Shown: one piece after another, positions 8,223 to 18,190 of the stretch
How the letters are laid out: the number at the start of each line of letters is the position of its first letter
How positions within the stretch are numbered: the stretch's first letter is position 1
Assembly: GCA_964633905.1 (NCBI GenBank)
Contig: CAZWIT010000004.1
Location: forward strand, 9,336-73,335
From: an uncultured Gammaproteobacteria bacterium
Lineage (GTDB): Bacteria > Patescibacteriota > Patescibacteriia > UBA1558 > GWA2-36-10
Length of the DNA: 64,000 bases
Reading direction: 5' to 3'
Position numbers and translations under genes: made by a program
Notes under the pieces: generated by a model
What the model was told of the DNA's origin: nothing
The model's database searches: none
What the model saw: the letters and a program-made list of their open reading frames with translations, nothing else

Positions 8223-8777
8223 ATGAAAAATAAACGTAAATTACAGATCGGTATTATGGGCTCAGCCGCTGATCTTAATTACCCTAAAGATTTAGAGAAA
8301 TTGGCTGAGGAGCTTGGTTTTTGGCTTGCCAAAAATGGAGTTACATTAATTTTTGGTGCAGAAAAAGATTGTGATTCTCTTTCTACGATTGCTTGCCGTA
8401 GTGCTAAAAAGGCGGGTGGTATTACTGTTGGTATAACTTATGGGAAGGGCTTGGATGTTTTTGAGAAAGAAAATATTGACGTAGTAATAGCTAGTGGTCT
8501 TGAGCGCGGAGGTGGTAGAGAACTAACTTTGATTTTAAGTTGCGATGCTATTATTGCTATCAGTGGTGGGTCAGGGACATTGACAGAGATTGCCATTGCT
8601 TATCAGGCTAATATTCCAATTGTAGTTTTAGAAAATACTGGGGGCTGGAGTGAAAAATTAGCTAAACAATATTTAGATGCCAGAAAAAGAATAAAAATAG
8701 AATCAGTTAAAGATCCTAAAGAAGCAGTTGAGTTGGCAATAAAATTAGCCATAGAAAATTATGAAATCAAAAAATAA
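8223..8777 (+). CDS. SLOG/LOG superfamily protein (TIGR00725-like)
   Basis: IGIMGS, AEELGFWLAK, CDAIIAISGGSGTLTEIAIAY, TGGWS. Confidence 0.88.
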   Translation: MKNKRKLQIGIMGSAADLNYPKDLEKLAEELGFWLAKNGVTLIFGAEKDCDSLSTIACRSAKKAGGITVGITYGKGLDVFEKENIDVVIASGLERGGGRELTLILSCDAIIAISGGSGTLTEIAIAYQANIPIVVLENTGGWSEKLAKQYLDARKRIKIESVKDPKEAVELAIKLAIENYEIKK

Positions 8778-9501
8778 AATTACTATTTTATCTACATTTG
8801 CTCTTGATAAAATTATTAATGATAAAAGCCCATTATTTATTGAACAGGAAGGTGGTCCAGCTTTTTATTTAAAAAAAGTTTTTATTCAAGAAAAAATAAA
8901 TTTTAGCTTATTGACTGGTCGCAAATTAACAACAGAAATTTTAATAAATAAAAAAGGAGAATTTGGTAGGCTTAATAAGAAGCCGTTTATCAAAACTGTA
9001 GAATTTAAAAAAATAAAAACACCATTTTTGCTTATTTCCTCTATTTTTGATGAGTTTAATTTAGAAAAATTATCAGATTTTCGGGGTTTAGTTTTTTTAG
9101 ATATTCAGGGTTATGTCAGACGTAATGGTAGTTTTGGTCAAAAAAAATTTTGTCAGATAGATAAATCAGTATTTGCTAATATTTTTTGTCTTAAGAGTAC
9201 ACAGGAGGAATTAAAATATTTACCAAGTAATTATATAAAAGAGCAAAAACAAAGAATCTTGTTAGTGACTAAAGGGCAACTAGGTTGTGATGTTTTTTAT
9301 TTTGGTCGGAAATTTAGTATTAAACCAGAAGAAGTAATTAAGTCAGATAATACTTTGGGAGCTGGCGATACTTTTTTTGCTTATTTTATTTCTCAATATA
9401 TAAAAAATAACAATATCATTGTTAGTATAAAATACGCTACTAAAATGGTATCGATATTTTTGGCAAAAAATACTACCCATCATACACAACAACTCTTGTA
9501 G
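8761..9501 (+). CDS. PfkB/ribokinase-family kinase
   Basis: GGPAFY, LDIQG, VTKGQLG, DNTLGAGDTF signature. Confidence 0.85.
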   Translation: MKSKNKITILSTFALDKIINDKSPLFIEQEGGPAFYLKKVFIQEKINFSLLTGRKLTTEILINKKGEFGRLNKKPFIKTVEFKKIKTPFLLISSIFDEFNLEKLSDFRGLVFLDIQGYVRRNGSFGQKKFCQIDKSVFANIFCLKSTQEELKYLPSNYIKEQKQRILLVTKGQLGCDVFYFGRKFSIKPEEVIKSDNTLGAGDTFFAYFISQYIKNNNIIVSIKYATKMVSIFLAKNTTHHTQQLL

Positions 9502-9592
9502 GAAGAGATTGTTTGTCATTAGTAGAAGATAATTTTACATCACTGCACACCCAATCCCTTCCTGTAAGGGTTTTTGTTTTGGGAAGGGGTTG
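9495..9592 (+). promoter_or_regulatory. Second attenuator-like switch at the PfkB gene 3' end
   Basis: CTTGTAGGAAGAGATTG (9495-9511) complementary to CAATCCCTTCCTGTAAG (9552-9568); alternative CCCTT-CCTGT-AAGGG-TTTTT; third arm GGAAGGGGTTG. Confidence 0.55.
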
Positions 9593-9624
9593 TTCTTTGA
9601 CAATAAACAAAAGGAGAGTGAGTA

Positions 9625-10488
9625 ATGACGAAGTTACCATACGTCGTATCAGCTGATATCCATTTGTTGCTTAAAAGATGGGCAAAACAGAATGATTTTA
9701 TTTTACCGCCAGATATTTTTTTCGTTAATTTAAGAGAGGATTTTATCAAGTATATGAAGAATATTTTTATTAATTTTGATTTTATATCAGAAGAAGAAAT
9801 TTTAGCTGGTTTAAAGAAAATGGTATGTCAAAATGATTTGCCAGTAATTTCGCTGGATGACACCTATTTTCAAAGTAAAATTAAATTTGAATTAGCTCGT
9901 TTGGTTGATGAAAATGGTAATAATAAAGGCTTGGGCCATAGGGCAAATACCAATACACTTTTAAAACAAATTAAAGAGTTAAAAGCGTTGAATATTAAAA
10001 GAGTTGCCATTGTAGATGATGTTATTTTTAGTGGGCATTTAATGGAGAGAGTTATTAATATATTGTCCAAAATAAATATTCAAGTAGAATTTATTTATGC
10101 TGGCATTGGTATTAGTGAAGGTATAAGGCGTATTAGTAGTGATAAATGTTTGATATCTTGTGTTCGTACTTATGATAATGTAATAGATGAAATTTGTGAG
10201 CGTGATTTTTATCCAGGAGTACCTTTGTCTGGAAGATTATTAGCTACAGGTAATAATATTGGTTTGCCATATATTTTGCCATTTGGTGATCCAGTTACTT
10301 GGGCATCTATACCATGCGAGAAGGCTCTTAATTTTTCTAAATTTTGTTTACAACAAACTATCTTATTATTTGAGGAGATAGAGACTCATTCTTATAAAAA
10401 TATTTATTGTTCAGATCTTCCCCGTAAAATCATTGGCTTACAACAACCCGATGTTCGCTACACTGCCTTGTTAAGGGAAATACTCTGA
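9625..10488 (+). CDS. Phosphoribosyltransferase-fold protein
   Basis: RVAIVDDVIFSG resembles the type I PRTase PRPP loop; SD AAGGAG. Confidence 0.65.
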   Translation: MTKLPYVVSADIHLLLKRWAKQNDFILPPDIFFVNLREDFIKYMKNIFINFDFISEEEILAGLKKMVCQNDLPVISLDDTYFQSKIKFELARLVDENGNNKGLGHRANTNTLLKQIKELKALNIKRVAIVDDVIFSGHLMERVINILSKINIQVEFIYAGIGISEGIRRISSDKCLISCVRTYDNVIDEICERDFYPGVPLSGRLLATGNNIGLPYILPFGDPVTWASIPCEKALNFSKFCLQQTILLFEEIETHSYKNIYCSDLPRKIIGLQQPDVRYTALLREIL

Positions 10489-10582
10489 AGAGAGAGGGCC
10501 GGTTTAAAAAATAATCGGCCTTTTATTTTAAATAAAAAACAAGCCTAAACAGGCTATGCTTTATTTTTACCAATGTTGCTAT

Positions 10583-10656
<74 letters not shown>

Positions 10657-10693
10657 TTATTTTAGTGCAGGTAATTTAACAGATTTTTATATT

Positions 10694-11482
10694 TTAAGCA
10701 ACCTTAAGCTTTTTAAGCTCCTTAAGCAATAAAGGATTCAATTGTCTGTTACTAGCTAAAACTGAAGTAGAGTCTTTGGACCAAGTTTTACCCTGCCAGT
10801 CAGTAATGACACCGCCAGCGGCTTTAACTAACATAATACCAGGCGCTACGTCCCAAATTTTTGGTCCAGAAACAATTAAACTATCAATATTACCGCTAGC
10901 CACCATAGCTAATTCTAAGCTGGTACTGCCAAAATGACGACAGTCATGGCTATTGAGGTGGTAGTATTCGTAGGCCTTAAACGCCTTTTTATTGTCAACT
11001 AAAGAGCTGCCATGACAATAACACATAAAAATATCTTTAGTATTTTTATGTTTAGCAACTTCTAATTTATGCCCATTTTTGTAAGCTTTTTTATGCGTAG
11101 CCCAATACAACTCTTTGAGCATAGGCACATAGATTACACTCATAACTAATTTATAATCATGCATTAGAGCAATAGCCACGGTAAATAGAGGATTATGAAT
11201 GGCAAAATTATTAGTGCCATCAAGAGGGTCTATTATCCATAGATATTCTGATGATTGGTGATTAGCACCAAATTCTTCTGATAAAAAATTTATTTTAGAA
11301 AAACGTTTTTTTAAGGTAGTTAAAATAATTTTTTCTGATTGTTGGTCACACTTAGTCACTAGTTCATGACGACTTTTGTGGGTAGCAGTAGTACGCTTAA
11401 ATTTATTAAATTCTTTAGCCAGATACTCTCCAGCTTCCACAGCGGCTTTTTTGGCTTGTTCTAATTCTAATTGGTATATCAT
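10694..11482 (-). CDS. suhB: Inositol monophosphatase family protein
   Basis: SEE, WIIDPLDGTNNF, WDVAPG motifs. Confidence 0.9.
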   Translation of the reverse strand: MIYQLELEQAKKAAVEAGEYLAKEFNKFKRTTATHKSRHELVTKCDQQSEKIILTTLKKRFSKINFLSEEFGANHQSSEYLWIIDPLDGTNNFAIHNPLFTVAIALMHDYKLVMSVIYVPMLKELYWATHKKAYKNGHKLEVAKHKNTKDIFMCYCHGSSLVDNKKAFKAYEYYHLNSHDCRHFGSTSLELAMVASGNIDSLIVSGPKIWDVAPGIMLVKAAGGVITDWQGKTWSKDSTSVLASNRQLNPLLLKELKKLKVA

Positions 11483-11483
11483 A

Positions 11484-11978
11484 TTATTTTATTTCGTTAA
11501 GCAAAATTAATTGGGCTTGTAGATCATCTAAATTTATTATAGCAAAAGTCGGGTTATAACGGATATTAGCGACATTGCCGGGATTTAGTATTTTGGTATT
11601 TTGAAATTTTTCTTCCCAGGGCTGATGACTGTGTCCATGGAGAGCTAGATCATAATATTGAGGCTTTTGTTCAATTAATTTTTTGATAATTTCTGGGTAG
11701 TGTGAGAAAATTATTTTTTTGCCATTAAGTTCAACTTCACCAAATCCTTGCCAGATTTTAAGATTAGAAAGTTTACTTAAATCTAAAGTATCGTCGGCAT
11801 TACCTTTGACTGCAAAAACTTGGATTGCCAGTTTATTTAATTCTTGCCAAGCTTCTGGACTTTGTAAATCGCCAGTGCAAATTAAATAATCAATTTTATT
11901 TTCTCTAATATAATTTAAAGCTTTATTTAAATTGGCTAAATTATCATGGACATCAGATATGACAGCTAAAGTAGGCAT
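11484..11978 (-). CDS. Metallophosphoesterase (YfcE-like)
   Basis: SDVHDN, GD, GNAD, HGHSH, NPG motifs. Confidence 0.9.
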   Translation of the reverse strand: MPTLAVISDVHDNLANLNKALNYIRENKIDYLICTGDLQSPEAWQELNKLAIQVFAVKGNADDTLDLSKLSNLKIWQGFGEVELNGKKIIFSHYPEIIKKLIEQKPQYYDLALHGHSHQPWEEKFQNTKILNPGNVANIRYNPTFAIINLDDLQAQLILLNEIK

Positions 11979-12029
11979 AGTATGAATATTATAACACAGA
12001 GCCGCTTTGATAAAAAGTTAATAAAATTT

Positions 12030-13241
12030 TTATAAATATTTTTTAGCTTCAAAATTATCTGGCCAGTGTTGTTGTTTTTTAATTTCTTCGGTACTGCTAT
12101 TGGGAGCATATTTATAGCCCTTACCATAGCCAAAGTCTTTCATTAATTGAGTGGGCGCATTACGTAGTACTAGGGGCACTCCTAGGTGACTAGTATTTTT
12201 GGCATCTTGAGCTGCTTTGGCATAGCCAGCGTAAATAATATTTGACTTAGGTGCTTTAGCTAAATAAACGACTAATTCAGCTAAAGCTAATTTCCCTTCG
12301 GGCATACCAATAAAATGTACGGCATCCTTAGCAGTAGTAGCAAGTATTAGCGCCTGAGGATCAGCTAGACCCACATCTTCTGAAGCAAAGCGAATTAGTC
12401 GGCGGGCAACGTAGAGGGGATCTTCGCCTGCTTCTAGCATGCGCGCTAACCAATAAAGAGCAGCATCAGGGTCAGAATCACGCAAGCATTTGTGTAAAGC
12501 AGAGATAATATTATAATGTTCTTCGCCATTTTTATCATAATAGAGAATAGAACTCTGAATAGCTTCGCGAATATCAGTTTCGGAGAGCTCGTAATTTTCT
12601 TTGACTGAAGCGGCAATTTCTAAAGCAGTTAGTAGTTTACGGGCATCGCCGCCAGCAAAAGAAAGTAGTATTTTTTCCGCTGCTTCGTTTAAAGTTATTT
12701 TTTGTTTACCCAATCCTTGATCCTTATCTTCTAAAACTTGTTTTAATATTTTTTTTAGATCAAGTGTTGTGAGGGATTTTAAGGCTAAGACCCGACAACG
12801 AGAAAGTAGAGCGGAATTAATACTAAAAGAAGGATTTTCAGTGGTAGCACCGATTAAAGTCAAAATGCCACTTTCAACATAAGGCAGTAGCACATCTTGT
12901 TGGGCTTTATTAAAGCGATGAATCTCATCTAAAAATAGTAAGGTTTTAGTTTTTAAAAAATCGGCATCTTGGCGCGCAACATCAGCTATTTTTTTAATTT
13001 CCGGTGTGCCAATTAAGACTGCGCTAGTGGCAATGAATTTATAGTTTAATTCTTGGCTTAAAATTTTAGCTAAAGTTGTTTTACCAACTCCTGGTGGACC
13101 CCAAAAAATCAAAGAGCTTAAATTTTGGTTTTTTACCATTTGAGTCAGGATTTTATCTGGACCTAAAATATGCTCCTGTCCATAGAATTGGGGGAGTTTT
13201 TTAGGGCGTACCCGATCAGCTAAAGGTTTATTATCGCTCAT
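12030..13241 (-). CDS. rarA: Replication-associated recombination protein A (MgsA)
   Basis: PLADRVRP, WGPPGVGKT, DEIHRFNKAQQD, ATTENPSF, ASEDVG. Confidence 0.95.
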   Translation of the reverse strand: MSDNKPLADRVRPKKLPQFYGQEHILGPDKILTQMVKNQNLSSLIFWGPPGVGKTTLAKILSQELNYKFIATSAVLIGTPEIKKIADVARQDADFLKTKTLLFLDEIHRFNKAQQDVLLPYVESGILTLIGATTENPSFSINSALLSRCRVLALKSLTTLDLKKILKQVLEDKDQGLGKQKITLNEAAEKILLSFAGGDARKLLTALEIAASVKENYELSETDIREAIQSSILYYDKNGEEHYNIISALHKCLRDSDPDAALYWLARMLEAGEDPLYVARRLIRFASEDVGLADPQALILATTAKDAVHFIGMPEGKLALAELVVYLAKAPKSNIIYAGYAKAAQDAKNTSHLGVPLVLRNAPTQLMKDFGYGKGYKYAPNSSTEEIKKQQHWPDNFEAKKYL

Positions 13242-13280
13242 AGATTATGCTTTATTTAAGCATTTTAACACCCTTAAGTA

Positions 13281-13315
13281 AAAAAATAAACCCGGCCGCG
13301 TCAAACGCGGCCGGG
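13281..13315 (-). terminator. Terminator after tig
   Basis: 11-bp stem CCCGGCCGCGT/ACGCGGCCGGG with minus-strand T tract. Confidence 0.8.
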
Positions 13316-13326
13316 CAATAAATAGT

Positions 13327-14607
13327 TTATTTTACAATAGTCTCGATAATAAATTTGATAACTTTTTGATTTACTAAGGCATTATGTAAATAATCTCGAT
13401 ATTGTGGTTTGCGGATATTGGCTAGAGCTTCTGGATAATTTTTGTACATGGCCTCTTCTTTAGTAATCTCTGCTTCAACTTCTTCTGCTTTGATGTCAAT
13501 TTTTTCAGTTAAAGCAATTTGTCTTAATATTAGAGCGGCTTTAATTCTTTCTAGAGCTGGAGTTTCAAAATCATGATGTAGATCATCGTGAGTTTTATTG
13601 ATTGATTTTAAATAACCAACCATATCTAGACCTTGTCTTTCTAAATCACCTTCCAGCTCATGAATCATCTTGTGGATTTCATTATCAATCAAAACTTCGG
13701 GTATATCTTCTACTTGGGTTTGGGCAATAATAGCCTTGATAGCTTCATTTTCAGTTTTTTGTTGGGCCTTTTTAGTTTTGTCTTGTTCTATATTTTCTTT
13801 AATTTGTTTTTTTAAAGTAGCTAAATCGTCTAGGGCTAATTTTTTAGCTAGTTCGTCATTAAGTTCTGGCAAAGATCTTTCATAGACTTGAATAACTTTT
13901 ACTTTAAAGGTAGTTAGTTTTCCGGCTAGATTTTGTTGAAAATATTTTTCGGGAAATTTTAATTCAAATTCCTTAGTATCACCATTTTTTAAACCAATGA
14001 TTTGTTCTTCAAAGCCAGGGATCATGCGTTGTTCGCCTAAAATCACAGGATATTTATAGTTTTTTCCGCCTTCAATAACTACTTTGTCTATTAAGGCTTC
14101 AAAATCAAGTTCGACTTTATCGTTATTTTGAGCTGGTCGATCTACTGGAGTCTCACTAGCATTTAGTTCTTGTAATTGTTTTAATGTTTTATCAATATCT
14201 TCAGTCTCAACTTTAACTTCTTCTTTAGCAACTTTTAATTCTTTCCAATTTCCTAAAGTAATTTTGGGGAGCAATGAAACCTTAGCTTTATAAACCAAAG
14301 GATTACCAGGGGCAATTTTTTCAACATTAATATTAGGTTGGCCAACAGTAACTAATTTTTCTTGAGTAACGGCCTCAAAAAAACTTTGACTAATAATATC
14401 ATCTAAAGCGTGCTGTAAAATAGCCATTTCGCCAAAACGATTTTTAATCGTTTCATAAGGGGCCTTACCAGGCCTAAAGCCAGGGATTTGGCTAGTTTGT
14501 GACAATTTATTGGCAGCTGTTTTTAAATGGGGAGCAACTTCCTCGGCCGTTAGTTCAATTAACAGTTCAATTTGGTTTTTGCCCAGGTCATTTTTAGTAA
14601 TTTGCAT
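13327..14607 (-). CDS. tig: Trigger factor
   Basis: IPGFRPGKAP signature; MIPGFEEQIIG FKBP domain. Confidence 0.96.
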   Translation of the reverse strand: MQITKNDLGKNQIELLIELTAEEVAPHLKTAANKLSQTSQIPGFRPGKAPYETIKNRFGEMAILQHALDDIISQSFFEAVTQEKLVTVGQPNINVEKIAPGNPLVYKAKVSLLPKITLGNWKELKVAKEEVKVETEDIDKTLKQLQELNASETPVDRPAQNNDKVELDFEALIDKVVIEGGKNYKYPVILGEQRMIPGFEEQIIGLKNGDTKEFELKFPEKYFQQNLAGKLTTFKVKVIQVYERSLPELNDELAKKLALDDLATLKKQIKENIEQDKTKKAQQKTENEAIKAIIAQTQVEDIPEVLIDNEIHKMIHELEGDLERQGLDMVGYLKSINKTHDDLHHDFETPALERIKAALILRQIALTEKIDIKAEEVEAEITKEEAMYKNYPEALANIRKPQYRDYLHNALVNQKVIKFIIETIVK

Positions 14608-14769
14608 AGTATAGATTTGTAAAATTTAGTAGACGCAGTATACCCTGAAATAGCTCCAAAGTCAATTGCTAGATATTGACTCATCAAATTTTTATTTTTA
14701 AGAAAAAAATGTTATAATATAGTAAGAATCAAATCAATAAAACGATTTAAATTGTTAGAGTTATAGTTT

Positions 14770-16503
14770 ATGGCTTCAAGCTTGCCAATAAGTCAAGAAG
14801 AACTTAAGTCTATCTTAATCACTGCCGGTGTTATCAAAGACAATGATTGGGTGGAGGCAGAAAGAAATGCTGCTAGAAGACGTCGAGGGATCGAGGAAGT
14901 CTTGATCGAGCGTGGTTTTTTTAATGAGCGTTATCTTTATGAATTAATTGGTGATGCGATTAAAATTCCTTATGTTAATTTACGTAAGCGTCGCATTGAT
15001 CCAGAGGCTATTGTTTGTTTGGATGCCAAAATCGCAGAAGAAATTCAAGCCATACCTTTTAGCTTGGATAATGATATTTTAAAAATTGCTTTTGTTGATC
15101 CTCGTAATCAAGAGCATATCGAAGCGGTGCAGGCTAATGTGAAATACAAATTTAAGCCTTTTATGACTAGCGCTCGTAATTTTGCTTTTGCCTTTAGGCT
15201 GTATCAAAGAAATATCAAAGAAGAACTTTATAATATTATTAATAGCGTTTCTAGTGATAATGTTAATGTTGAACATAATCAGTTAGATACACCGATTATT
15301 AAAATAGTCGATTCTATTTTAGAATACGCTATGTTTGAGCAAGCTTCTGATATTCATATTGAAGCTTTGCCTGATGCGGTAGTGGTGCGTTTTCGGGTAG
15401 ATGGTGATTTGCACGATGAAGTAGAATTACCAGTGACGATGCATGATGCTATTATTGCTCGTATTAAAATTTTATCCAATTTAAGAATTGACGAGCATCG
15501 TATTCCTCAAGATGGACGTTTTTCTTTTAGAATTGCCAACGAAGAAGAGTCGGTGCGTGTTTCTATTATTCCGGCTTTTTATGGGGAAAAGATAGTTATG
15601 CGTTTGCTTACAGATGAAGCGCAAAATCTAAGTTTAGAAGACATTGGTTTTTCCGAAAAACACGTTAAAATAATGAATAAACAGGTGGAAAAACCATACG
15701 GCATGATTTTAGTAGTAGGTCCGACTGGTTCTGGTAAGACTACAACCTTATATACGGTTTTGAATATTTTAAATACAGAAGATGTAAATATTTGTACTAT
15801 TGAAGATCCAATCGAATATGGTGTTCATCGTGTTAATCAGACTCAGGTAAATAATCAAGCTGGCTACACTTTTGCCAATGGCTTGCGCTCCTTACTTAGA
15901 CAAGATCCCGATATTATTATGATTGGAGAAATTCGTGATAACGAAACAGCTCAAATCGCAGTTAGAGCAGGTCTTACTGGTCATTTAGTTTTATCTACCT
16001 TGCATACTAATAATGCTTCTGGTGCTCCACCACGTCTGTTGGATATGGGTGTAGAACCATTTTTAGTTTCCTCTACTCTAAATGTTGTTATTGCTCAACG
16101 TTTAGTTAGACGTATCTGCCAGGATTGTATTTATAGTTTTAAATTAAATAATGATGAAATAAAAAGTTTAAGTGCTGAAATGGATTTAGATTTTATGCTT
16201 AAACGTTTTCATGAATTGGGTGTTATCAAAGAAGATTATAAAAATTTTTCCGATTTAACTTTTTATAAGGGTAAGGGCTGTAGCCGTTGTCATGGCACTG
16301 GTTATTCTAAGCGTATTTCAGTAATGGAGATTTTAGAAAATACAGAAGCTATCCAAAAATGCATTGCTAGAAATGCTACTTCTAGCGACATCTTAAAAGC
16401 TGCTATTGAACAGGGCATGGTTACGATTTTTGAAGATGGCATGCAAAAGGCTTTACTAGGTATTACAACTATTGAAGAGGTTTTAAGAGTTAAACGAGAG
16501 TAA
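14770..16503 (+). CDS. pilB: GspE/PilB family type IV pilus assembly ATPase
   Basis: ASDIHIE, PQDGR, GPTGSGKTTTLY, LRQDPD, TGHLVLSTLHTN, CxxC pairs. Confidence 0.92.
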   Translation: MASSLPISQEELKSILITAGVIKDNDWVEAERNAARRRRGIEEVLIERGFFNERYLYELIGDAIKIPYVNLRKRRIDPEAIVCLDAKIAEEIQAIPFSLDNDILKIAFVDPRNQEHIEAVQANVKYKFKPFMTSARNFAFAFRLYQRNIKEELYNIINSVSSDNVNVEHNQLDTPIIKIVDSILEYAMFEQASDIHIEALPDAVVVRFRVDGDLHDEVELPVTMHDAIIARIKILSNLRIDEHRIPQDGRFSFRIANEEESVRVSIIPAFYGEKIVMRLLTDEAQNLSLEDIGFSEKHVKIMNKQVEKPYGMILVVGPTGSGKTTTLYTVLNILNTEDVNICTIEDPIEYGVHRVNQTQVNNQAGYTFANGLRSLLRQDPDIIMIGEIRDNETAQIAVRAGLTGHLVLSTLHTNNASGAPPRLLDMGVEPFLVSSTLNVVIAQRLVRRICQDCIYSFKLNNDEIKSLSAEMDLDFMLKRFHELGVIKEDYKNFSDLTFYKGKGCSRCHGTGYSKRISVMEILENTEAIQKCIARNATSSDILKAAIEQGMVTIFEDGMQKALLGITTIEEVLRVKRE

Positions 16504-16512
16504 AAAACAAAT

Positions 16513-17715
16513 ATGGAATATTTAAACATCAAACACCAAAAGATTGATGATACTAATAAAGCAAAAAATGCTAGCAAATTAGGTTTAGTTATCAAAGAGG
16601 CTGATAAGACTAAAGCTAAGCTAGCTGCTAAAAAAAACAAGAAAACTAATAATAAAAAGAATTCTTTTTTTGGTCGGGTTACTTCTTCTGATCAAATGTT
16701 GTTTTTAGGCAATTTAGCCACCATGTTAAAAGCAGGTTTAGCCTTGGCACCGGCTTTAGTTACACTTACTAAAGAAACTAAAAATAAATATTTTCGTGGT
16801 GTTCTGCAAAATTTATATCAATTAATAGAAAATGGCCAGACTTTATCAGATGGCATGAAACAATACCCCAATGTTTTTCCAGAGATGATTATCTCAACCG
16901 TTGAAGTGGGGGAAAATAGTGGTTCTTTGTCTGAGGCTTTGGCACATCTAGCTGATATTTTAGAATCGCAAAAAAAATTAAAAAGTAAAGTTGTTGGTGC
17001 CTTAGTCTATCCGATTGTAGTAATAGTAGCTGTGATAGGTGTTAGTTTATTTTTAGCATTTTTTGTCTTTCCGCAACTAGTTTCAGTTTTTGAAGAAGCA
17101 GAAGTAAAGTTACCCACTATTTTAGTGGCAGTTAATTTTATTATCAATGCATTCCAAAATTATGGTTATTATGTAGCACTCGGTTTTTTGGTTTTTATAT
17201 TAGTACTTTTTTTATTGTGGCGTATACCAAAGGTAAAACTGGCTTGGAGTATTTTTTCTTTAAAAATTCCTTTTGTTGGTAATTTGATTAAAGAATATTG
17301 CATGTCTCGCTTTGCTAGTAATTTGCGCGCTTTATTTGCCTCGGGCTTGCCTATTGTTCGCTCTTTAGAGATAGTAGCTAAGACTGTACCTAATTTAAAA
17401 TATCGTCAGGAAATTTTTGCAATGGCCAAAGAGTTAGAAAAAGGTCATTCTTTATCAGATACAATGGGTGATAGACCTAAGTTATTTAGTTCTATTTCTG
17501 TACAATTATGTCACGTTGGCGAACAGACAGGAGAACTGGATGGTATTTTAGAAAAAATTGGCTCTTATTATGAGGATAGGGTTAATAATGTCTTGACCAA
17601 TTTATCAGCCATCATTGAACCGATTTTGTTAGTGACTGTCGGTATTGCCGTGGGCTTTATTGCTTTATCAGTTATTTCGCCAATGTATGAACTTACTCAA
17701 AGTTTTGCTGAATAA
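16513..17715 (+). CDS. pilC: GspF/PilC platform protein
   Basis: LATMLKAG, VGENSG, ALVYP, VGEQTGEL, IIEP. Confidence 0.92.
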   Translation: MEYLNIKHQKIDDTNKAKNASKLGLVIKEADKTKAKLAAKKNKKTNNKKNSFFGRVTSSDQMLFLGNLATMLKAGLALAPALVTLTKETKNKYFRGVLQNLYQLIENGQTLSDGMKQYPNVFPEMIISTVEVGENSGSLSEALAHLADILESQKKLKSKVVGALVYPIVVIVAVIGVSLFLAFFVFPQLVSVFEEAEVKLPTILVAVNFIINAFQNYGYYVALGFLVFILVLFLLWRIPKVKLAWSIFSLKIPFVGNLIKEYCMSRFASNLRALFASGLPIVRSLEIVAKTVPNLKYRQEIFAMAKELEKGHSLSDTMGDRPKLFSSISVQLCHVGEQTGELDGILEKIGSYYEDRVNNVLTNLSAIIEPILLVTVGIAVGFIALSVISPMYELTQSFAE

Positions 17716-18190
17716 TTTAAAGTTTAATAATATTGGTGTTACCATGATAGAGTTAATGATGGTAATAACTGTGCTTTGTATTTTGTCAGTAGCCAGTATA
17801 AGTTCTTATCATACTTGGCAGAAACACGTAATGCTGGTAAATGCTACTGATGAATTAAAGAGTGCCTTTAATTTAGCACAAGGGCAAGCAATGGCTGCTG
17901 CTCAAGGTAATAATTGGGGTGTTCATTTAGAAGCTGATTATTATGTTATTTTTCCTGGCAGTTTTTATGATGAAGCTAATATAAATAATCAGCGGCGCAA
18001 TTTTAGTGGTATCAGTATAATTAATCTAGATTCAGCTATATCAGATGGAGTTGGTGCTTATACTAAAGATGTAGTTTTTGCTAAGTATACAGGCAATACC
18101 GTTAATGTTGGAACCTTATTAATAGCTGCCACTTCTAATTATGATAATACCAAGTCCATTACTATTGATTTGAATGGTCAAATACAATAA
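17687..18190 (+). CDS. Type IV minor pilin (FimT/GspH-like); start revised
   Basis: Class III signal G|VTMIELMMVI followed by hydrophobic helix; ATG 17687 more plausible than 17645. Confidence 0.8.
   Translation: MNLLKVLLNNLKFNNIGVTMIELMMVITVLCILSVASISSYHTWQKHVMLVNATDELKSAFNLAQGQAMAAAQGNNWGVHLEADYYVIFPGSFYDEANINNQRRNFSGISIINLDSAISDGVGAYTKDVVFAKYTGNTVNVGTLLIAATSNYDNTKSITIDLNGQIQ

Noticed and set aside
14676-14689. Fourth MITE end (TTGACTCATCAAAT)
   Set aside because: Partial match with no partner end or duplication
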